Source: Eledone cirrhosa
Lineage: Eukaryota
DNA: 64,000 nucleotides
Reading direction: 5' to 3'
Assembly (NCBI GenBank): GCA_964016885.1
Contig: OZ024750.1
Location: 37,634,001 to 37,698,000 of the forward strand
This document shows positions 23,501 through 38,500 of this stretch, piece after piece. The stretch's first letter is position 1; each line of letters starts with the position of its first letter. The position numbers and the translations under genes are program-made. The notes beneath the pieces were generated by a model. The model worked only from the letters and a program-made list of their open reading frames with translations. It was not told the DNA's origin and did not search any database.

Positions 23501-26500
23501 AGCTATGACTAACCTGTACACTGTATGTGATGTACCATGAAGCTATGACTAACCTGTACACTGTATGTGATGTACCATGAAACTATGACTAACCTATACA
23601 CTGTATGTGATGTACCATGAAGCTATGACTAACCTGTACACTGTATGTGATGTACCATGAAACTATGACTAACCTATACACTGTATGTGATGTACCATGA
23701 AGCTATGACTAACCTGTACACTGTATGTGATGTACCATGAAGCTATGACTAACCTGTACACTGTATGTGATGTACCATGAAACTATGACTAACCTATACA
23801 CTGTATGTGATGTACCATGAAGCTATGACTAACCTGTACACTGTATGTGATGTACCATGAAGCTATGACTAACCTGTACACTGTATGTGATGTACCATGA
23901 AGCTATGGATAACCTGTACACTGTATGTGATGTACCATGAAGCTATGGCTAGCCTGTACACTGTATGTGATGTACCATGAAGATATGACTAACCTGTACA
24001 CTGTATGTGATGTACCATGAAGCTATGGCTAACCTGTACACTGTATGTGATGTACCATGAAGCTATGACTAACCTGTACACTGTATATGATGTACCATGA
24101 AGCTATGACTAACCTGTACACTGTATGTGATGTACAATGAAGCTATGGCTAACATGTACACTGTATGTGATGTACCATGAAGCTATGACTAACCTGTACA
24201 CTGTATGTGATGTAACATGAAGCTATGACTAACCTGTACACTGTATGTGATGTACCATGAAGCTATGGCTAACCTGTACACTGTATGTGATGTACCATGA
24301 AGCTATGACTAACCTGTACACTGTATGTGATGTACCATGAAGCTATGACTAACCTGTACACTGTATGTGATGTACCATGAAGCTATGGCTAACATGTACA
24401 CTGTATGTGATGTACCATGAAGCTATGACTAACCTGTACACTGTATGTGATGTACCATGAAGCTATGACTAACCTGTACACTGTATGTGATGTACCATGA
24501 AGCTATGACTAACCTGTACACTGTATGTGATGTACCATGAACCTATGGCTAACCTGCACACTGTATGTGATGTACCATGAAGCTATGACTAACCTGTACA
24601 CTGTATATGATGTACCATGAAGCTATGACTAACCTGTACACTGTATGTGATGTACAATGAAGCTATGGCTAACCTGTACACTGTATGTGATGTACCATGA
24701 AGCTATGGCTAACCTGTACACTCTATGTGATGTACCATGAAGCTATGACTAACCTGTACACTGTATGTGATGTACCATGAAGCTATGACTAACCTGTACA
24801 CTGTATGTGATGTACCATGAAGCTATGGCTAACCTGTACACTGTATGTGATGTACCATGAAGCTATGGCTAACCTGTACACTGTATGTGATGTACCATGA
24901 AGCTATGGCTAACCTGTACACTCTATGTGATGTACCATGAAGCTATGACTAACCTGTACACTGTATGTGATGTACCATGAAGCTATGACTAACCTGTACA
25001 CTGTATGTGATGTACCATGAAGCTATGGCTAACCTGTACACTGTATGTGATGTACCATGAAGCTATGGCTAACATGTACAATGTATGTGATGTACCATGA
25101 AGCTATGGCTAACCTGTACACTGTATGTGATGTACCATGAAGCTATGGCTAACCTGTACACTGTATGTGATGTACCATGAAGCTATGACTAACCTGTACA
25201 CTGTATGTGATGTACCATGAAGCTATGGCTAACCTGTACACTGTATGTGATGTACCATGAAGCTATGACTAACATGTACAATGTATGTGATGTACCATGA
25301 AGCTATGACTAACCTGTACACTGTATGTGATGTACTATGAAACTATGACTAACCTGTACACTGTATGTGAAGTACCATGACTCTATGACTAACCTGTACA
25401 ATGTATGTGATGTACCATAAAGCTATGGCTAACCTCTACACTGTATCTGATGTACCATGAAGCTATGACTAACCTGTACACTGTATGTGATGTACCATGA
25501 AGCTATGGCTAACCTGTACACTGTATGTGATGTACCATGAAGCTATAGCTAACCTGTACACTGTATGTGATGTACCATGAAGCTATGGCTAACCTGTACA
25601 CTGTATGTGATGTACCATGAAGCTATGACTAACCTGTACACTGTATGTGATGTACCATGAAGCTATGACTAACCTGTACACTGTATGTGATGTACCATGA
25701 AGCTATAGCTAACCTGTACACTGTATGTGATCTACCATGAAGCTATGGCTAACCTGTACACTGTATGTGATGTAACATGAAGCTATGACTAACCTGTACA
25801 CTGTATGTGATGTACCATGAAGCTACGACTAACCTGTATACTGTATGTGATGTACCATGAAGCTATGACTAACCTGTACACTGTATGTGATGTACCATGA
25901 AGCTATAGCTAACCTGTACACTGTATGTGATCTACCATGAAGCTATGGCTAACCTGTACACTGTATGTAATGTACCATGAAGCTATGACTAACCTGTACA
26001 CTGTATGTGATGTACCATGAAGCTATGGCTAATCTGTACACTGTATGTGATGTACCATGAAGCTATGACTAACCTGTACACCGTATGTGATGTACCATGA
26101 AGCTATGGCTAACCTGTACACTGTATGTGATGTACCATGAAGCTATGGCTAACCTGTACACTGTATGTGATGTACCATGAAGCTATGACTAACCTGTACA
26201 CCGTATGTGATGTACCATGAAGCTATGGCTAACCTGTACACTGTATGTGATGTACCATGAAGCTATGGCTAACCTGTACACTGTATGTGATGTACCATGA
26301 AGCTATGACTAACCTGTACACTGTATGTGATGTACCATGAAGCTATGACTAACCTGTACACTGTATGTGATGTACCGTGAAGCTATGGCTAACCTGTACA
26401 CTGTATGTGATGTACCATGAAGCTATGGCTAACCTGTACACTGTATGTGATGTACCATGAAGCTATGGCTAACCTGTACACTGTATGTGATGTACCATGA

Positions 26501-29500
26501 AGCTATGGCTAACCTGTACACTGGATGTGATGTACCATGAAGATATGACTAACCTGTACACTGTATGTGATGTACCATGAAGCTATGGCTAACCTGTACA
26601 CTGTATGTGATGTACCATGAAGCTATGACTAACCTGTACATTGTGTATGATGTACCATGAAGCTATGACTAACCTGTACACTGTATGTGATGTACCATGA
26701 AGCTATGGCTAACATGTACACTGTATGTGATGTACCATGAAGCTATGACTAACCTGTACACTGTATGTGATGTACCATGAAGCTATAGCTAACCTGTACA
26801 CTGTATGTGATCTACCATGAAGCTATGGCTAACCTGTACACTGTATGTGATGTACGATGAAGCTATGGCTAACCTGTACACTGTATGTGATGTACCATGA
26901 AGCTATGACTAACCTGTACACTGTATGTGATATACCATGAATGATATGACTAACCTGTACACTGTATGTGATGTACCATGAAGCTATGGCTAACCTGTAC
27001 ACTGTATGTGATGTACCATGAAGCTATGACTAACCTGTACACTGCATATGATGTACCATGAAGCTATGACTAACCTGTACACTGTATGTGATGTACCATG
27101 AAGCCATGGTTAACCTGTACACTGTATGTGATGTACCATGAAGCTATGGCTAACATGTACACTGTATGTGATGTACCATGAAGCTATGACTAACCTGTAC
27201 ACTGTATGTGATATACCATGAAGCTATGGCTAACCTGTACACTGTATGTGATGTACCATGAAGCTATGGCTAACATGTACACTGTATGTGATGTACCATG
27301 AAGCTATGACTAACCTGTACACTGTATGTGATGTACCATGAAGCTATGGCTAACTGGTACACTGTATGTGATGTACCATGAAGCTATGGCTAACCTGTAC
27401 ACTGTATGTGATGTACCATGAAGCTATGACTAACCTGTACACTGTATGTGATGTACCATGAAGCTATGACTAACCTGTACACTGTATGTGCTGTACCATG
27501 AAGCTATGGCTAACCTGTACACTGTATGTGATGTACCATGAAGCTATGACTAACCTGTACACTGTATGTGATGTACCATGAAGCTATGACTAACCTGTAC
27601 ACTGTATGTGATGTACCATGAAGCTATGGCTAACCTGTACACTGCATGTGATGTACCATGAAGCTATGGCTAACCTGTACACTGTATGTGATGTACCATG
27701 AAGCTATGACTAACATGTACAATGTATGTGATGTACCATGAAGCTATGACTAACCTGTACACTGTATGTGATGTACTATGAACCTATGACTAACCTGTAC
27801 ACTGTAGGTGATGTACCATGACTCTATGACTAACCTGTACACTGTATGTGATGTACCATAAAGCTATGGCTAACCTGTACACTGTATCTGATGTACCATG
27901 AAGCTATGACTAACCTGTACACTGTATGTGATGTATCATGAAGCTATGGCTAACCTGTACACTGTATGTGATGTACCATGAAGCTATAGCTAACCTGTAC
28001 ACTGTATGTGATGTACCATGAAGCTATGGCTAACCTGTACACTGTATGTGATGTACCATGAAGCTATGACTAACCTGTACACTGTATGTGATGTACCATG
28101 AAGCTATGACTAATCTGTACACTGTATGTGATGTACCATGAAGCTATGACTAACCTGTACACTGTATGTGATGTACCATGAAGCTATGACTAACCTGTAC
28201 ACTGTATGTGATGTACCATGAAGCTATGACTAACCTGTAGACTGTATGTGATGTACCATGAAGCTATGACTAACCTGTAAACTGTATGTGATGTACCATG
28301 AAGCTATAGCTAACCTGTACACTGTATGTGATGTTCCATGAAGCTATGACTAACCTGTACACTGTATGTGATGTACCGTGAAGCTATGGCTAACCTGTAC
28401 ACTGTATGTGATGTACCATGAAGCTATGGCTAACCTGTACACTGTATGTGATGTACCATGAAGATATGACTAACCTGTACACTGTATGTGAAGTACCATG
28501 AAGCTATAGCTAACCTGTACACTGTATGTGATGTACCATGAAGCTATGGCTAACCTGTACACTGTATGTGACGTACCATGAAGCTATGGCTAACCTGTAC
28601 ACTGTATGTGATGTACCATGAAGATATGACTAACCTGTACACTGTATGTGATGTACCATGAAGCTATGGCTAACCTGTACATTGTATGTGATGTACCATG
28701 AAGCCATGACTAACCTGTACACTGTATGTGATGTACCATGAAGCTATGAATAACCTGTACACTGTATCTGATGTACCATGAAGCTATAGCTAACCTGTAC
28801 ACTGTATGTGATCTACCATGAAGCTATGACTAACCTGTAAACTGTATGTGATGTACCATGAAGCTATGGCTAACCTGTACACTGTATGTGATGTACCATG
28901 AAGCTACGACTAACCTGTACACTGTATGTGATGTACCATGAAGCTATGACTAACCTAAAGACTGTATGTGATGTACCATGAAGCTATAGCTAACCTGTAC
29001 ACTGTATGTGATGTACCATGAAGCTATGACTAACCTGAAGACTGTATGTGATGTACCACGAAGCTATAGCTAACCTGTACACTGTATGTGATGTACCATG
29101 AAGCTATGACTAACCTGTACACTGTATGTGATGTACCACGAAGCTATAGCTAACCTGTACACTGTATGTGATGTACCATGAAGCTATGGCTAACCTGTAC
29201 ACTGTTTGTGATGTACCATGAAGCTATGACTAACCTGTACACTGTATGTGATGTACCATGAAGCTATGGCTAACCTGTACACTGTATGTGATGTACCATG
29301 AATCTATGACTAACCTGTACACTGTATGTGATGTACCGTGAAGCTATGGCTAACCTGTACACTGTATGTGATGTACCATGAAGCTATGGCTAACCTGTAC
29401 ACTGTATGTGATGTACCATGAAGCTATGGCTAACATGTACACTGTATGTGATGTACCATGAAGCTATGACTAACCTGTACACTGTATGTGATGTACCATG

Positions 29501-32500
29501 AAGCTATGGCTAACCTGTACACTGTATGTGATGTACCATGAAGCTATGGCTAACCTGTACACTCTATGTGATGTACCATGAAGCTATGGCTAACCTGTAC
29601 ACTGTATGTGATGTACCATGAAGCTATGGCTAACCTGTACACTGTATGTGATGTACCATGAAGCTATGACTAACCTGTACACTGTATGTGATGTACCATG
29701 AAGCTATGGCTAACCTGTACACTGTATGTGATGTACCATGAAGCTATGGCTAACCTGTACACTGTATGTGATGTACCATGAAGCTATGACTAACCTGTAC
29801 ACTGTATGTGATGTACCATGAAGCTATGGATAACCTGTACACTGTATGTGATGTAACATGAAGCTATGGCTAGCCTGTACACTGTATGTGATGTACCATG
29901 AAGATATGACTAACCTGTACACTGTATGTGATGTACCATGAAGCTACGACTAACCTGTATACTGTATGTGATGTACCATGAAGCTATGACTAACCTGTAC
30001 ACTGTATGTGATGTACCATGAAGCTATAGCTAACCTGTACACTGTATGTGATCTACCATGAAGCTATGGCTAACCTGTACACTGTATGTAATGTACCATG
30101 AAGCTATGACTAACCTGTACACTGTATGTGATGTACCATGAAGCTATGGCTAATCTGTACACTGTATGTGATGTACCATGAAGCTATGACTAACCTGTAC
30201 ACCGTATGTGATGTACCATGAAGCTATGGCTAACCTGTACACTGTATGTGATGTACCATGAAGCTATGGCTAACCTGTACACTGTATGTGATGTACCATG
30301 AAGCTATGACTAACCTGTACACCGTATGTGATGTACCATGAAGCTATGGCTAACCTGTACACTGTATGTGATGTACCATGAAGCTATGGCTAACCTGTAC
30401 ACTGTATGTGATGTACCATGAAGCTATGACTAACCTGTACACTGTATGTGATGTACCATGAAGCTATGACTAACCTGTACACTGTATGTGATGTACCGTG
30501 AAGCTATGGCTAACCTGTACACTGTATGTGATGTACCATGAAGCTATGGCTAACCTGTACACTGTATGTGATGTACCATGAAGCTATGGCTAACCTGTAC
30601 ACTGTATGTGATGTACCATGAAGCTATGGCTAACCTGTACACTGGATGTGATGTACCATGAAGATATGACTAACCTGTACACTGTATGTGATGTACCATG
30701 AAGCTATGGCTAACCTGTACACTGTATGTGATGTACCATGAAGCTATGACTAACCTGTACATTGTGTATGATGTACCATGAAGCTATGACTAACCTGTAC
30801 ACTGTATGTGATGTACCATGAAGCTATGGCTAACATGTACACTGTATGTGATGTACCATGAAGCTATGACTAACCTGTACACTGTATGTGATGTACCATG
30901 AAGCTATAGCTAACCTGTACACTGTATGTGATGTACCATGAAGCTATGGCTAACCTGTACACTGTATGTGATGTACCATGAAGCTATAGCTAACCTATAC
31001 ACTGTATGTGATCTACCATGAAGCTATGGCTAACCTGTACACTGTATGTGATGTACGATGAAGCTATGGCTAACCTGTACACTGTATGTGATGTACCATG
31101 AAGCTATGACTAACCTGTACACTGTATGTGATATACCATGAATGATATGACTAACCTGTACACTGTATGTGATGTACCATGAAGCTATGGCTAACCTGTA
31201 CACTGTATGTGATGTACCATGAAGCTATGACTAACCTGTACACTGCATATGATGTACCATGAAGCTATGACTAACCTGTACACTGTATGTGATGTACCAT
31301 GAAGCTATGGTTAACCTGTACACTGTATGTGATGTACCATGAAGCTATGGCTAACATGTACACTGTATGTGATGTACCATGAAGCTATGACTAACCTGTA
31401 CACTGTATGTGATATACCATGAAGCTATGGCTAACCTGTACACTGTATGTGATGTACCATGAAGCTATGGCTAACATGTACACTGTATGTGATGTACCAT
31501 GAAGCTATGACTAACCTGTACACTGTATGTGATGTACCATAAAGCTATGGCTAACCTGCACACTGTAGGTGATGTACCATGAAGCTATGACTAACCTGTA
31601 CACTGTATGTGATGTACCATTAAGCTATGACTAACCTGTACACTGTATGTGATGTACCGTGAAGCTATGGTTAACCTGTACACTGTATGTGATGTACCAT
31701 GAAGCTATGGCTAACCTGTAGACTGTATGTGATGTACCACGAAGCTATGGCTAACCTGTACACTGTATGCGATGTACCATGAAGCTATGGCTAACCTGTA
31801 CACTGTATGTGATGTACCATGAAGATATGACTAACTTGTACACTGTATGTGATGTACCATGAAGCTATGGCTAACCTGTACACTGTATGTGATGTATCAT
31901 GAAGCTATGGCTAACCTGTACACTCTATGTGATGTACCATGATGCTATGGCTAACCTGTACACTGTATGTGATGTACCATGAAGATATGACTAACTTGTA
32001 CACTGTATGTGATGTACCATGAAGCTATGGCTAACCTGTACACTGTATGTGATGTACCATGAAGCTATGGCTAACCTGTACACTGTATGTGATGTACCAT
32101 GAAGCTATGGCTAACCTGTACACTGTATGTGATGTACCATGAAGCTATGACTAACCTGTACACTGTATGTGATGTACCATGAAGCTATGGCTAACCTGTA
32201 CACTGTATGTGATGTACCATGAAGCTATGACTAACCTGTACACTGTATGTGATGTACCATGAAGCTATGGCTAACCTGTACACTGTATGTGATGTACCAT
32301 GAAGCTATGACTAACCTGTACACTGTATGTGATGTACCATGAAGCTATGGCTAACCTGTACACTGTATGTGATGTACCATGAAGCTATGACTAACCTGTA
32401 CACTGTATGTGATGTACCATGAAGCTATGGCTAACCTGTACACTGTATGTGATGTACCATGAAGCTATGGCTAACCTGTACACTGTATGTGATGTACCAT

Positions 32501-35500
32501 GAAGCTATGGCTAACCTGTACACTGTATGTGATGTACCATGAAGCTATGCTAACCTGTACACTGTATGTGATGTACCATGAAGCTATGGCTAACCTGTAC
32601 ACTGTATGTGATGTACCATGAAGCTATGGCTAACCTGTACACTGTATGTGATGTACCATGAAGCTATGGCTAACCTGTACACTGTATGTGATGTACCATG
32701 AAGCTATGACTAACCTGTACACTGTATGTGATGTACCATGAAGCTATGGCTAACCTGTACACTGTATGTGATGTACCATGAAGCTATGGCTAACCTGTAC
32801 ACTGTATGTGATGTACCATGAAGCTATGGCTAACCTGTACACTGTATGTGATGTACCATGAAGCTATGACTAACCTGTACACTGTATGTGATGTACCATG
32901 AAGCTATGACTAACCTGTACACTGTATGTGATGTACCATGAAGCTATGGCTAACCTGTACACTGTATGTGATGTACCATGAAGCTATGACTAACATGTAC
33001 AATGTATGTGATGTACCATGAAGCTATGACTAACCTGTACACTGTATGTGATGTACTATGAAACTATGACTAACCTGTACACTGTATGTGAAGTACCATG
33101 ACTCTATGACTAACCTGTACAATGTATGTGATGTACCATAAAGCTATGGCTAACCTCTACACTGTATCTGATGTACCATGAAGCTATGACTAACCTGTAC
33201 ACTGTATGTGATGTACCATGAAGCTATGGCTAACCTGTACACTGTATGTGATGTACCATGAAGCTATAGCTAACCTGTACACTGTATGTGATGTACCATG
33301 AAGCTATGGCTAACCTGTACACTGTATGTGATGTACCATGAAGCTATGACTAACCTGTACACTGTATGTGATGTACCATGAAGCTATGACTAACCTGTAC
33401 ACTGTATGTGATGTACCATGAAGCTATAGCTAACCTGTACACTGTATGTGATCTACCATGAAGCTATGGCTAACCTGTACACTGTATGTGATGTAACATG
33501 AAGCTATGACTAACCTGTACACTGTATGTGATGTACCATGAAGCTACGACTAACCTGTATACTGTATGTGATGTACCATGAAGCTATGACTAAACTGTAC
33601 ACTGTATGTGATGTACCATGAAGCTATAGCTAACCTGTACACTGTATGTGATCTACCATGAAGCTATGGCTAACCTGTACACTGTATGAAATGTACCATG
33701 AAGCTATGACTAACCTGTACACTGTATGTGATGTACCATGAAGCTATGGCTAATCTGTACACTGTATGTGATGTACCATGAAGCTATGACTAACCTGTAC
33801 ACCGTATGTGATGTACCATGAAGCTATGGCTAACCTGTACACTGTATGTGATGTACCATGAAGCTATGGCTAACCTGTACACTGTATGTGATGTACCATG
33901 AAGCTATGACTAACCTGTACACCGTATGTGATGTACCATGAAGCTATGGCTAACCTGTACACTGTATGTGATGTACCATGAAGCTATGGCTAACCTGTAC
34001 ACTGTATGTGATGTACCATGAAGCTATGACTAACCTGTACACTGTATGTGATGTACCATGAAGCTATGACTAACCTGTACACTGTATGTGATGTACCGTG
34101 AAGCTATGGCTAACCTGTACACTGTATGTGATGTACCATGAAGCTATGGCTAACCTGTACACTGTATGTGATGTACCATGAAGCTATGGCTAACCTGTAC
34201 ACGGTATGTGATGTACCATGAAGCTATGGCTAACCTGTACACTGTATGTGATGTACCATGAAGATATGACTAACCTGTACACTGTATGTGATGTACCATG
34301 AAGCTATTGCTAACCTGTACACTGTATGTGATGTACCATGAAGCTATGACTAACCTGTACACTGTGTATGATGTACCATGAAGCTATGACTAACCTGTAC
34401 ACTGTATGTGATGTACCATGAAGCTATGGCTAACATGTACACTGTATGTGATGTACCATGAAGCTATGACTAACCTGTACACTGTATGTGATGTACCATG
34501 AAGCTATAGCTAACCTGTACACTGTATGTGATCTACCATGAAGCTATGGCTAACCTGTACACTGTATGTGATGTACCATGAAGCTATGGCTAACCTGTAC
34601 ACTGTATGTGATGTACCATGAAGCTATGACTAACCTGTACACTGTATGTGATATACCATGAATGATATGACTAACCTGTACACTGTATGTGATGTACCAT
34701 GAAGCTATGGCTAACCTGTACACTGTATGTGATGTACCATGAAGCTATGACTAACCTGTACACTGTATATGATGTACCATGAAGCTATGACTAACCTGAA
34801 CACTGTATGTGATGTACCATGAAGCTATGGCTAACCTGTACACTGTATGTGATGTACCATGAAGCTATGGCTAACCTGTACACTGTATGTGATGTACCAT
34901 GAAGATATGACTAACCTGTACACTGTATGTGATGTACCATGAAGCTATGGCTAACCTGTACACTGTATGTGATGTACCATGAAGCTATGACTAACCTGTA
35001 CACTGTATGTGATGTACCATGAAGCTATGACTAACCTGTACACTGTATGTGATGTAACATGAAGCTATGGCTAACCTGCACAGTGTATGTGATGTACCAT
35101 GAAGCTATGACTAACCTGTACACTGTATGTGATGTACCATGAAGCTATGGCTAACCTGTACACTGTATGTGATGTACCATGAAGATATGACTAACCTGTA
35201 CACTGTATGTGATGTACCATGAAGCTATGGCTAACCTGTACACTGTATGTGATGTACCATGAAGCTATGGCTAACCTGTACACTGTATGTGATGTACCAT
35301 GAAGCTATGGCTAACCTGTACACTGTATGTGATGTACCATGAAGATATGACTAACCTGTACACTGTATGTGATGTACCATGAAGCTATGGCTAACCTGTA
35401 CACTGTATGTGATGTACCATGAAGCTATGACTAACCTGTACACTGTATGTGATGTACCATGAAGCTATGAATAACCTGTACACTGTATCTGATGTACCAT

Positions 35501-38500
35501 GAAGCTATAGCTAACCTGTACACTGTATGTGATCTACCATGAAGCTATGACTAACCTGTACACTGTATGTGATGTACTATGAAGCTATGGCTAACCTGTA
35601 CACTGTATGTGATGTACCATGAAGCTATGACTAACCTGTACACTGTATGTGTTGTACCATGAAGCTATGACTAACCTAAAGACTGTATGTGATGTACCAT
35701 GAAGCTATAGCTAACCTGTACACTGTATGTGATGTACCATGAAGCTATGACTAACCTGAAGACTGTATGTGATGTACCACGAAGCTATAGCTAACCTGTA
35801 CACTGTATGTGATGTACCATGAAGGTATGAATAACCTGTACACTGTATGTGATGTACCATGAAGCTATGACTAACCTGTACACTGTATGTGATGTACCAT
35901 GAAGCTATGGCTAACCTGTACACTGTATGTGATGTACCATGAAGCTATGGCTAACCTGTACACTGTATGTGATGTACCATGAAGCTATGACTAACATGTA
36001 CAATGTATGTGATGTACCATGAAGCTATGACTAACCTGTACACTGTATGTGATGTACTATGAAACTATGACTAACCTGTACACTGTATGTGAAGTACCAT
36101 GACCCTATGACTAACCTGTACACTGTATGTGATGTACCATAAAGCTATGGCTAACCTCTACACTGTATCTGATGTACCATGAAGCTACGACTAACCTGTA
36201 CACTGTATGTGATGTACCATGAAGCTATGGCTAACCTGTACACTGTATGTGATGTACCATGAAGCTATAGCTAACCTGTACACTGTATGTGATGTACCAT
36301 GAAGCTATGGCTAAACTGTACACTGTATGTGATGTACCATGAAGCTATGACTAACCTGTACACTGTATGTGATGTACCATGAAGCTATGACTAACCTGTA
36401 CACTGTATGTGATGTACCATGAAGCTATGACTAACCTGTACACTGTATGTGATGTACCATGAAGCTATGACTAACCTGTACACTGTATGTGATGTACCAT
36501 GAAGCTACGACTAACCTGTACACTGTATGTGATGTACCATGAAGCTATGACTAACCTGTACAATGTATGTGATGTACCATGAAGCTATAGCTAACCTGTA
36601 CACTGTATGTGATCTACCATGAAGCTATGGCTAACCCGTACACTGTATGTGATGTAACATGAAGCTATGACTAACCTGTACACTGTATGTGATGTACCAT
36701 GAAGCTACGACTAACCTGTACACTGTATGTGATGTACCATGAAGCTATGACTAACCTGTACACTGTACGTGATGTACCAGGAAGCTGTAGCTAACCTGTA
36801 TACTGTATGTGATCTACCATGAAGCTATGGCTAACCTGTACACTGTATGTGATGTACCATGAAGCTATGACTAACCTGTACACTGTATGTGATGTACCAT
36901 GAAGCTATGACTAACCTGTACACTGTATGTAATGTACCATGAAGCTATGACTAACCTGTACACTGTATGTGATGTACCATGAAGCTATGGCTAACCTGTA
37001 CACTGTATGTGATGTACCATGAAGCTATGACTAACCTGTACACCGTATGTGATGTACCATGAAGCTATGACTAACCTGTACACTGTATGTGATGTACCAT
37101 GAAGCTATGGCTAGCCTGTACACTGTATGTGATGTACCATGAAGATATGACTAACCTGTACACAGTATGTGATGTACCATGAAGCTATGGCTAACCTGTA
37201 CACTGTATGTGATGTACCATGAAGCTATGACTAACCTGTACACTGTATGTGATGTACCATGAAGCTATGGCTAACATGTACACTGTATGTGATGTACCAT
37301 GAAGCTATGACTAACCTGTACACTGTATGTGATGTACCATGAAGCTATGGCTAACCTGTACACTGTATGTGATGTACCATGAAGCTATGGCTAACCTGTA
37401 CACTGTATGTGATGTACCATGAAGCTGTGACTAACCTGTACACTGTATGTGATGTACCATGAAGCTATGACTAACCTGTACACTGTATGTGATGTACCAT
37501 GAAGCTATGGCTAACCTGTACACTGTATGTGATGTACCATGAAGCTATGAATAACCTGTACACTGTATGTGATGTACCATGAATCTATGACTAACCTGTA
37601 CACTGTATGTGATGTACCATGAAGCTATGGCTAACCTGTACACTGTATGTGATGTACCATGAAGCTATGGCTAACCTGTACACTGTATGTGATGTACCAT
37701 GAAGCTATGACTAACATGTACAATGTATGTGATGTACCATGAAGCTATGGCTAACCTGTACACTGTATGTGATGTACCATGAAGCTATGACTAACCTGTA
37801 CACTGTATGTGATGTACCATGAAGCTATGACTAACCTGTGCACTGTATGTGATGTACCGTGAAGCTATGGCTAACCTGTACACTGTATGTGATGTACCAT
37901 GAAGCTATGGCTAACCTGTACACTGTATGTGATGTACCATGAAGCTATGGCTAACCTGTACACTGTATGTGATGTACCATGAAGCTATGGCTAACCTGTA
38001 CACTGTATGTGATGTACCATGAAGCTATGGCTAACATGTACACTGTATGTGATGTACCATGAAGCTATGACTAACCTGTACACTGTATATGATGTACCAT
38101 GAAGCTTTAACTAACCTGTACACTGTATGTGATCTACCATGAAGCTATGGCTAACCTGTACACTGTATGTGATGTACCATGAAGCTATGGCTAACCTGTA
38201 CACTGTATGTGATGTACCATGAAGCTATGACTAACCTGTACACTTTATGTGATGTACCATGAAGCTATGACTAATCTGTACACTGTATGTGATGTACCAT
38301 GAAGCTATGGCTAACCTGTATGTGATGTACCATGAAGCTATGACTAACCTGTACACTGTATGTGATGTACCATGAAGCTATGACTAACCTGTACACTGTA
38401 TGTAATGTACCATGAAGCTATGACTAACTTGTACACTGTATGTGATGTACCATGAAGCTATGGCTAACCTGTACACTGTATGTGATGTACCATGAAGCTA

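Noticed and set aside
35711-35923. 70-aa ORF inside the satellite
   Set aside because: It results from chance loss of one stop codon in a variant monomer.
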